64,000 nt of DNA, taken from Rhizodiscina lignyota. Taxonomy: Eukaryota. The stretch's first letter is position 1; the number at the start of each line of letters is the position of its first letter. Positions 1 through 10,022 of the stretch are shown here, one piece after another. The notes beneath the pieces are model-generated. The model did not search any database and was not told where the DNA came from. It saw only the letters and a program-made list of their open reading frames with translations. The DNA is taken from positions 2,480,001 to 2,544,000 of the forward strand of contig ML978124.1 in NCBI GenBank assembly GCA_010015805.1. The letters run 5' to 3'. A program made the position numbers and the translations under genes.

Positions 1-122
1 TGTAAGAACCGGATCTTATGTATATGAATTCCTCCGATACCTCAGTTCAGCCCCGTACTTAGTACGGTTCATTATTCCTACCTCCCTCTCGTCCGCTCTC
101 TCAAGCGCCTCTCGTTCCCAGA

Positions 123-676
123 ATGGCTCCACCAAAGCTCGAATACCTCTTCAAGATGAAGGGCTATCTCGCACCGGATCAAACAGTCGAGGTTGGTACC
201 GTGAAATCCGGTCCACAGCGAATCTTCGCACCTATTGTGAGCGGTTGGCTGGAGGGACCAAGTGTTGGAAGAGCAGAAGCAACTCCCGGAGGAGGTGACT
301 GGATGCTCGTATGTATCTCCTCTCCCGAAATCAGCTCTTACCAGCACTGATGATGTGCTCCCAGGTCGACCCACAGAGCCAAACAATCCACCTGGATGTC
401 CGATTCTGCGCTAAATGGGAAGACGGCAACGCAGCCTTCTTTCACTATCCGGGGATCATCCAAATAAACGAAAAGGTCATGAAGGCTATGACCTACGCAC
501 CAGACGCAAAGAGCACCGAGTTCGAGGATCTGGAGTTTTGGACGTCACCGATTGTTGAAATTAGCAACAAGGAGCTCAAGTGGTTGGAGCGAAGTATGCT
601 TGTCGCTCAAGGTAAGCTGATCCATGATGATGGAGGATATGGAGTTGAATATGAGGTCTATAAACTCGCGCATTAA
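123..676 (+). CDS. DUF3237 family beta-barrel protein (2 exons)
   Basis: Exons 123-308 and 365-676; intron 309-364 (GTATGT..CCAG) joins in frame. Motifs GPQRIFAPIVSGWLEG, GGGDWMLVD, HLDVR, Y-P-G-I and the C-terminal VEYEVYKL are typical of DUF3237. Confidence 0.8.
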
Positions 677-738
677 ACGATCAAATTTAGTTGTTGGGTA
701 TATAAGTCGCTAAATCAAAGAGAAATATGCTATAATCT

Positions 739-3700
739 CTATCTCTGCTTGCTCCTCCGGACCAGAATCAGGAGGAAGAATGCGATAACGCGATAGGTCG
801 TGCCTATCCCAAGTAGCACGACCATATCCAACCAAAATCTGCCAAACACTAATCCCAAAGCTTGTGCTGCATCATCGATCTGCCATAGATAACTGACTGG
901 CATAACGTTCTCGCTGTAGTATACCTCCGCGATCCAGACACCAGGACTAGCTCGCCAGAGCCAAGTCATGTGCCATTGTGCGACCTGGTTCAGCGTTGGA
1001 GCGAAGCCCGAGAGAATACCAACGATCAAAGATGCCATGGTGGCAAGAAGTGGGCCGTCTTCGCGACGGGTGAGCATCGAAACGCAAGATGCGAGGCCGT
1101 AAATGCAGTAATAATACAAGAGGTTGACGACGAATGCTTTCAGCCAGTCTATGCGAGGCGTAGCAAGGAGCATGAAAAAGACTGTGAAATGATAACAACC
1201 GAGGATGATGCGAGGAAGCGTAGCAATGACTTTGCCCATGTAGTACGAGAAGCGGTTGTGGCCGGAAGCCGCCTCCCGGCGGTAGGTAAGCTTCTCCTCA
1301 CCAAACACCTTCACACCTGGGGCAGAAGAGGTAAGACCAAGTGCGATGGCGACGAGGAGCGCCAGGATAGAGAGGGTTTGGTAATCGATAGATGAAGAGA
1401 GATATATGTAGTCGTCGTGATAAATGCCATGGAAGAGAGCGCCGTCTTCGCCATTAAGCGCTAGACCAATCAGGAAGCCGGCCAAAGAAGCAACACCAAT
1501 CTCGAACCAGAATGCTGCTTTGAGTCTGTATTGCTGCAAGAAGCTTCGAAGCATACAGAAGTAGAATTGGGTATAAAAAGGGGCGCCACGTCGTCTTATC
1601 GACTTCTTAAGAGAGTGTTGTTCTCCATATGCACCCTGCATTTGGGACGGTCCTCGTGAGTCTCGATTTGTGGAAATGTTCGCCCAATGCTCGATCAGAG
1701 ATTCCTTCGAAGTGTCACCAGCCCGCTTGTATGGCCGTCCTGCACCTGTTATGATATCCATCAGCGTGTCGGCGGGATTAGAGTGCTCTGGAAAGTCAAA
1801 GCCTGCACGTTCGAAGTAGCCTTGTACATCGCGCTCCTTGCCCTGGTAGATTAGCCTGCCGTTGGCGAGAAGAATCAAATCGTCAATGGCATGGAAAATC
1901 TCTTCTCGAGGCTGGTGGATAATGGTGACGACCGTTATGCCAAGTCGAGCAAGAGCTGAAAGGATTTTCATTATATGCGAGGCAGCTGTAGCATCGAGTC
2001 CAGATGTCGGTTCGTCCAGGAACAGAGCCATGGGTGCAGCGGCAAGTTCCATGCCAATGCTCACTCGCTTCCTTTGACCACCAGAAATAACAGGCTTGAC
2101 AGGGCTGCCAACGAGTGAGTCTTTTACATGGCCGAGCTGGAGGCAATCAATGAGAATGTCGACATGACGCTGAATTTCTCGGTCACCCCAGTTGGACGGC
2201 AGCCGTATGCGAGCTGAGTGCAGGATATTTTCGCGTACAGTCAATTCTGCTAGGACAATATCATCCTGGGGGACATAGCCAATAATTTTCTTGTAACTGC
2301 GCAAGTTAATTATTAATCGAGTTGGCCTGGAACGTCTGCTGGCAAACTTACTGTGACAGCTTATCGCGTACACCATTGACCTTCACAGATCCAGTGTGCT
2401 TCTGCTTGCCCATCAACACATTGACAAATGTTGATTTTCCGGCGCCAGAGCCTCCCAAAATACCCACCAGCGAGCCTCGAGATATCTCGCCGGTAATGTT
2501 GGACAATACAGGCTTTGGTGCACCTTTTGGCCAAAAGCCCAGATTATCGAATTCGAATGACAGACCGAATTGTGCACCCTCAATGCATTTGGAAAGCGAG
2601 CCTACGAATTCTCTCAAATCCGTATTGCCCTGGTCAATATCCTCCTTACTGCTAGCATCATAGGCGGCAGCGTGCATATCAAATTGGAAGTCGTCCATTG
2701 GGCCCAGAAAACCTGTTGGTGCACGTTGCATAGATCTCACACGAGGCTCGAGCTGAATTGAATCGTCGTCAAGCGTCTTGTAGCCGGTAGTTCGCTTTTG
2801 AGGCATAGAGCGTATTATCTTCGAGAATCTCGATGGTTTCCCACCCCCGGGATTCTTGCGTTTGTCATTTCGACGCTTGATTATCCAGGCGAAAAAGGTG
2901 GCCACGATGAGACCGATGTCGACGATGACTAGAAAACAGAGCGGCAGCCAAGTCTGATCTTTGATTGAACCTTCATGGCAAATGCTACCGGCACTGCATG
3001 AAACGGGTTGGTATGACCCTGCTGGACAATAGCTCCCATAGGGGCATGTAATAGGTTGTCCAGAACCCAAATCTCTGGGACAGTATTTGCCTGAAGGACA
3101 TTTTAGTGGCTCAAAGTACCCCATGGGAACACCGCAGTCGGCTCCTCCCAGCCTCCCATGCAAGCATTGTTCGACTGGCGTGCAGTATTGAGGGAGTATA
3201 TTGATTGTAGCATTCTGGCATTGGAAGCCTGGGTAACATCCTGTCTTGTTCCACGAGGTTGAATTTTGTATCGTCAGGGGAAGCGCTCCCGAGAAGCAAG
3301 TGGCCGCGGCGGTTGGTGTCTGCTTGTTTGCTATCTGCTGTTGTGCGCCGTAGTAGGATTGTGACAGTTCTGTGACATTGTGGCCGGTGCACGCTCGATC
3401 GAAGATCGAGAGAGGATCCTTTTTGACAGAGTTGAGGGCGACAAGACTCTGTCGGGAGCCTGGTTCGGCGACGAACGCTGTGTGGTTGTTCGGTCGTAAC
3501 GAGTCGTCGTTGACGGCTAGTGCGTGAGGGTCGATGGCAGAATTGTCTGTCTCAGGTTTGTACCACTTCCCAGACACTCCCTGATAGATGTTCTGATTCT
3601 TCTTATTGCTTCCAAGACATCGCCATGCTGTCGTCTGGTCGGCACCCTGGAACTCTTGAAGTGCACACAGACAATTTCCCGAGTCGATGAATTGAGGGCC

Positions 3701-3748
3701 TTCAGGAGGGCTTTCGGAGAGCGGAAGACCAAACGAGCTGAGTGACAT
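739..3748 (-). CDS. ABCG-type half transporter with N-terminal Cys-rich ectodomain and extra TM helix
   Basis: Two ORFs joined by intron 2297-2351 (GTAAGT..GCAG). Walker A GGSGAGKST, Q-loop GYVPQDD, signature ISGGQRKRVSIG, Walker B LFLDEPTSGLD, H-loop IIHQPR, then a C-terminal TM domain. The N-terminus has CPxGxYCP-type repeats and a TM helix (WLPLCFLVIVDIGLIVATFFAWII). Start is uncertain (ATG 3748, or a possible upstream exon from ATG 3869). Confidence 0.9.
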
Positions 3749-4815
3749 TATCGAATGCAATTGCCGCTCCTCGAGTCTTCCAGCGGTGCTGAGAGACGTC
3801 CAAGATCAAAGGTATAGGAGGGAGGGAAAACGCGAGCCCGGAGGACGCGAGGAGTGTAGCGAGAGCCATCGTGCAGCTGAAATTATATTTGAACTAAATG
3901 GGCGTAAGGCGGAGTCGAGTACAGGCCAGAAATTAGCTAAACGCAGCGCTGGCCAGTTCGCAAGCGTGTGGCTGAAGGGTCAAACTGGATGCGGCTGCAA
4001 CGATATGCGTCTTTTCGTCCTAACATCGACTAACGTTGTTCCGACCTTATGCCAAGCTTGGGAACGTGCGCATCTTTAGCCAGAAGCGGCATAGCGCGTC
4101 CGCGGGACTGGCTATATTTGGGGGCTGTACCAAACCCTACAACACTCCACATCTCCCTCCAACAGGCATCTTTGCCCTCCTTCGCAACAGACGGTCGCTC
4201 CATGGACTGACTTTGCGAGATCTGCAGCCGGGGCGCAGTCTGTGCCCCGCGAGCGTGCTGCATAAGTGACGTTCCTTGGTGTCTTCATCCCATCATTTGG
4301 CTCCTTCTACTCTTCATCCGCTCTTGTGCTCAAATGCCGTCAGTCGTGGATCAACCTTGCTCAGCCCTCAGTTCTTGCCCATCGCATTCCTTCGTCGAGG
4401 AGCTTGTGAACAGTCTCGTCATCGCACAGGGAAAGAAGTGCCTTTCCGCTGTTCACGCGGCCTTTACACAACATGATGCGTTTCAAAAGTAGAAGTCCCT
4501 GATGTGGGATGCCGTGAGCCCGTCCAAGATATTCCGATCGAAGTTCGCGTTTCACTTCTCTCCCTTTTTGGTCAGTCACGTTATTTACCAAGGTATGAGG
4601 TCCTTGTTTCACGAGTTATCCATTTGAAGCCGGTATGAAATTTTCTACGAACATTCTTCGTTGGCCCTTGCATAAGCGCGTCAAAGCCAGGCAAATCTAG
4701 AATGTTCAGATTCCCAGTCAGAAGACTTCTCCCTGAGATTCTCAGGAGAATATTTCACGACTCTTTTGGGAGTTAAAGCAGCTTTGGGATCGAGTTATTG
4801 TGACATACTGCCACC

Positions 4816-7331
4816 ATGCCTAGCTTCGGGACGACGAACTTTAGGACAGCGCCATTTCAGCACGCTCGAGACGGATCCGGTGGTTTCGAGCTTGGCCATG
4901 ATGCGCCGGTGTACGACATTGAAAATGGAGTGGCTCAATCATTGCCGGCCCTGGACATGCTCACGCTCAGTGCTGAACGACTTCAATCACGTTCACCTGC
5001 CGCCGCTCTCAGCAACGGTGCAGACTATCTGCAGACAGGCCAGAATGCTCTCAACATCATCATTCCGATGGGTGGAGTCGGTCAGAGATTTGCAAAGGAA
5101 GGATACCGTCATCCCAAGCCTCTGATCAATATTGTGGGCAAGCCAATGCTCTGTTGGTTGATTGAGCGGCTCTCAATCTCTCCGATCGATACTCTCTGGC
5201 TTGCAATCAATGAAGATATTGATGATGAGTTTCATATTGGGGACAGTGTCAGGATCTGGTTCCCGAAGTGCGATGTGCGGCTTGTGCGTCTGAAGTATCT
5301 CACCAAGGGAGCTGCCGAGACAGTAAGTTCGTCTGTTTGAGGTTGGATTGTCACGCGCTAATATGCATAGGTGTTTATTGTGACCCAAAGCATGCCTCTA
5401 GCCCATCGTACCAGACGAACTGTCTCCTTGGACTGCGATACGATCTACTTTGCTGATATTCTAGAGGACGTTCGCTGCATGAAGAGTGGTCATGGTGGTT
5501 GCTTCTACTTCGAAGATCAAGGAAACAAGCCCATCTTTTCATATATTCAACTATGCGAGGAGACGGGGCTCATCACAGCCATTAAAGAGAAAGAAGCGAT
5601 CTCCACCAAGGCAAACACAGGAGCGTACGTCTTCCCTTCTGCTGAAACCCTCGGCCTATGGGCAGCAAGAACTCTCGACGGCATCCTCGAATCAGAAAGC
5701 AAGCAAGTCGGCGAGTACTATACGAGTCAGTTAATTTCATCGATGATTGCGAGTAAAGAAGTCCCATTCTGCGCATTGCACGTTCGGAAAGAAGATTTCA
5801 GCTGCGTAGGAACGCCTATTCAGCTCGAAGACTTCCTTCTCAGGATCCAGAGTCAGGATGCCACCGTCAAGCCTTCAAGCCGGCGATTTTGCTTTGACCT
5901 GGACAAGACGCTCGTCGGCCCACCTCAAGTGCCCGGAGACTATTCGACGTGTCCGCCAATTTGGAGAAACATCAAGCTGGCCCGAGCTCTTCACAAAGCC
6001 GGCCATAAAATTTTGATTCACACGGCTCGCAGAATGAAAACTCACAATGGAAATGTGGGTGCAATAATTTCAGACATTGGTCTCGTCACTCTTCAGAGTC
6101 TGGAGAGGTACGGCATCCCACATGACGAGTGCAAGTTTGGCAAACCATACGCAGATGCGTATATTGACGGTAAAGATATTCAATGCTGCAAATTCTAGTC
6201 GTGATATAGCTAATGCATATTCCAGACCTTGCTGTTCACGCCAATTTGGATACATTCCGAGAGATTGGGTGGCTCGCGGAGCAAGATGCTGCGTCTGGCA
6301 GCAACCTTCTGGCAGAAGTCCATCACGCACGCAAACAGGGCATGGCCCCAAGCCGTGCTTTCAATATTGTTCAAGTCCGCGGAGAGCAGATCATCAAAAG
6401 CTCGCAGTCCGAAGCCCATATCTTAGGAGAGATGTACTTCTACAGCCATCTTCCTGACTCCATCTCAAACCTGTTCCCACAAGTGCACGAGTTGACTTAT
6501 CTCCCGGAAACAGCAACGTACTCAATCACTATGCAGAGACTTCGGGGTACAACATACTCTCATATGATCACTGGGCGATCCTTAACTCCAGGCCGGCTCG
6601 AAATCATGCTCGGCGCTCTCCACCAAATTCACAATGCGGATACAGCAACAACGAAGCAGCTGGAGGTGTGTGAGTACCTGAAGGAAAAGTTTGCCTCGGG
6701 ATCATCGAAGCCAGTGAACATTTACGCGAACTACAGCCGCAAGCTGAAGCAGCGCTTTCATCAGCACGAGGAAGTTTACGAGGAGCTCGACCTGAAGAAG
6801 GCTTCTGAGACCCTCAACATGTTGACCGCATTCCTGGAGCGTTACGAAGCTGCCAATCGAGCTCTAGAAGTACCAGTCATTCACGGCGATCCAGTCTTTT
6901 CGAACATCATACTCAACGAGTCTGAGCGGAAAGTCTATTTCTTCGACGTTCGATCTCAGCAGGGCGATGCCCTGACAATGGCTGGTGATGTCTGTTACGA
7001 TCTTGCCAAGGTGCTGCAGAGCATCCAAGGCTATGACCACGTCATGCTTACGGACGAAGAGACGTTGTCAATGCTGCCACAAACTCCTGAAGCAGATGGC
7101 CTTGCTACCATCGTCCCGGTCCAGGACCGCTTGTTAATGAAAGAGATGCAAGAAGTGTTCTGGCGATTCGTTGAACGCGAATACGGAGCGAAAATCAGCA
7201 AGCAGGACATCCTAGACATTCTGGCCAGCTTGTTGTTTTCCCTTATTCCGCTTCATCGGAAGGAAAGGCGACCACTGTTCTGGAAGATGTGCCGCAATGT
7301 CTTGGAATTCGGGTCTGCATGCCCAGTGTAA
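4816..7331 (+). CDS. Three-domain nucleotidyltransferase / HAD phosphatase / APH-choline-kinase-like enzyme (~803 aa)
   Basis: Exons 4816-5322, 5371-6169 and 6226-7331; introns GTAAGT..ATAG and GTAAAG..CCAG both keep frame. Domain 1: IIIPMGGVGQRF..PKPLINIVGKPML..GAAET..DCD. Domain 2: FCFDLDKTL, HTARRM..GNVG, FGKP, YIDDLAV (the DD is created by splicing intron 2). Domain 3: IHGDPVFSNII, FFDVR, GDVCYDLAKVLQS. Confidence 0.88.
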
Positions 7332-7534
7332 CACGTTGCAGAGAATTAATTTTCTTCCCTTATTCGGCTGTTTTTGCTCTAATTGCTAATCTTTCCTGTC
7401 GTTTCGTGAGGAATGTCGGCTACCTACGCGTTTCGCGCGTTCTGGAATGTAGAATTGTTGCCACAAAACCAATGGTCAACATGCTTGATTCGTATTCATC
7501 ATAGATAATATTTTCAATATCAAACAGTTTCAAT

Positions 7535-9933
7535 ATGCTGTCACTAGACCTGAGCCATTTCATGACGCCGGCGTATGCTGCCGCTCTTGGTCTGATTGTC
7601 ATACAAACAGGAATTGGTATTCTCTTCAAGGCAGCCCAGACAGGTGGAAAGTAAGCATCATATCATCTTCGAGTCTTATCAATGGACTAACCTTTGGATA
7701 GATATGCATTCTCGTCTGCATCCTCAGTTGCAATATCGGAAACGTTGAAGTTCGCCTTATCCACGGTGCGCTTTTACAGGGAGCTAAGAAGCCGGCCGAA
7801 TCCTTCTTGCAATGTAACAACCAATACCACGTCGGAGAAGCTGGAGAGCGGCGAGAAAGATGAAAGCAGCCGACGAAATTCCGAATCAAATGAATCGGAC
7901 GAAACTTTGCTTAGCGATGTCGAGGAACAGGCAGTTGCCTCAGATGACGATGCTCGACTACACTTGCGCGACTGGAAAGACTTCGGCGACTGGAGAGCCT
8001 TCTGGCAATGCTATCTTGCAGAAGTTCCGTTGGAAACACGATACGGCTTTGCGCATCTAGCACTATTATATGTGCTCATCAACAACCTGGTTTTTGTGCT
8101 CTACCGTCTCTCCGACCCTGGTACCATTTCGCTCATCAAGTCTGGCGGTACACTGATTACAGCGCTGGTCATGTATATGTGCTTGGGCACGAAGCTTGTC
8201 AAGGGGCAGTGGCTTTCTATCTTACTTCAGGTACGATTCAACTAATTTCGAGCGCAAGCTTGAATCTAGCGCTAATATAATGCAGGTATCTGGTCTCATA
8301 GTCACCCAGTACGATCCAAAGAATGGCTCATCATACCCTCTTTCCACATACAGTGTCCTGTGGTTCCATACTCTACTCAGCGCTGTCTCCGGAGTTTACA
8401 ATCAGACTCTCTGCCAGGGCTCCAAGGCATCGCTTCACGCTAACAACATGGCGCTGTACGGTCCTGGTGCTGTTACCAACGTTTGCTACTACTTCATCAT
8501 CCGCATCCTGAAGCCCGATGAGCCCGGATTCTTTTCTGGATACACCAGTATTGGTGCATTAATGGTTATATTATCGAATGTCTTCATCGGATTGGCGATG
8601 ACCGCCGTATACCAATGTATGGCTTCCTTCAATATCTCGACAGTTGGTACACTACGGGAGGACTGACTATTCTGCAGATGCGGACGCTGTGATTAAATGC
8701 TTTGCTACAGCAATTTCCACTGGTATCTTGTTATATCTTTCATACTTGATATTCGGGGCGACCTTCTCTGCTCTCGCCATACCCGGTACAGCGGTTGTTT
8801 TTATCTCAACGTATATATACATGGATTCAACACCTCCGAAGGATAGCACAGCAGCGTCTGGATCAGGCAAAGATGCGATGAATTCTGGCCTGGAGGACAA
8901 CACTGATGAAGAAAATTTACTACAGAGCTTGACTCCCAATGTATGTGTTGAAATTTCTTGGTTCACCCTGTCACTTACGCAATCACAGGGCCATCGTCGG
9001 AGTCTCGGCTTCAGTATCACCTTTACCCTTTCTGCTATGCTCATCGCCTTGCTCACACTCTGGAACTCCCATCCTCCATCTAACCCCTCTCCTTCCCCCA
9101 AGCAAGGACCCCTCCAATCGCCCTTCCGCAATACCCTCGCAATCGTCCGCTTTGAGGACCAGTACGAGACCAGTGTCGCGCCCATGGTGCTTCAAGGCTA
9201 CTCGCCGTACTTCCACAGCATGCATCTTAGCCAGGGTAACTGGGAGTCAGATGAGTCAAACGAGTTGAACATTAGTCACGACTACTTTGACACCAATACT
9301 GCGCCGTACGCACCAGTTGCAAAGATCGCACAGAAGCTTCTTGAAGAACCTGACTCTGGAATCGAAGGGATCTTGTTCTTCAAAGATACATCCTGGCTCC
9401 GACCGTTGGCTTTCGCAGAAGATACGGAGCGTATGTGGCTGCTTGACAGCCCTGACGGCCGATGCTTCAGCGGCATCAGCGCCATGGGAGGCATGTCCAA
9501 CGATGATGGAGCCAACGTCGCACCTCGCCTTGCCGTACAAGCTGCCAACACAGCGCGCGAGATGGATACCAACTATGCGATTAATCAGAATGCCTGGTGT
9601 AGTGGATGGAGCGACATGTTCTATCTTCCGCGACGGTTCTTCAAGGATTTCGTATTCCTGGGGGATATCTTTGCCAGTACTTCAGTTCCGGAGCACACTG
9701 CCATTCCGACGATATTCCACATCATTGATAATACGTATCGTCGACATCCAGCCATGTCGCTGATTGAGTTGATCGGAGACTGCTGGAATCCTAAGCATGC
9801 TGAGAGTGAAGGTGGACTGGCGGCGGAGGAGGTTGTGTGGAGACGTTGCGGCCAAGGATTTGACTATGAGAATGAGAGCGTGGTTATTGCGCATTATGAC
9901 CGGCTGGAGGAGGACGCAGCTGGTATGGAGTGA
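7535..9933 (+). CDS. Nucleotide-sugar transporter (SLC35A-like) fused to a C-terminal lumenal glycosyltransferase-like domain (~727 aa)
   Basis: Exons 7535-7650, 7702-8230, 8286-8616, 8678-8940 and 8989-9933. Splice phases are compatible, and the last intron is 48 nt, in frame and stop-free. Transporter motifs: SETLKF, ALLYVLINNL, DPGTISLIKS, SAVSGVYNQ, GFFSGY, AVYQYADAVIKCF. These are followed by one more TM helix, a P/S stem and a ~270-aa soluble domain. Confidence 0.85.
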
Positions 9934-10022
9934 GTATGCTGAAGACAGTGTTTCGAACGTAAGAACAATTCATTATTGTTTCTATATATCGGCGTTCGGT
10001 AAATATTGGGATAAAGAATGAT

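Noticed and set aside
123..676. DUF3237 gene as a member of the glycan cluster
   Set aside because: Only adjacency (62 bp from the ABCG stop) supports it; there is no functional link, and the upstream context is outside the window.
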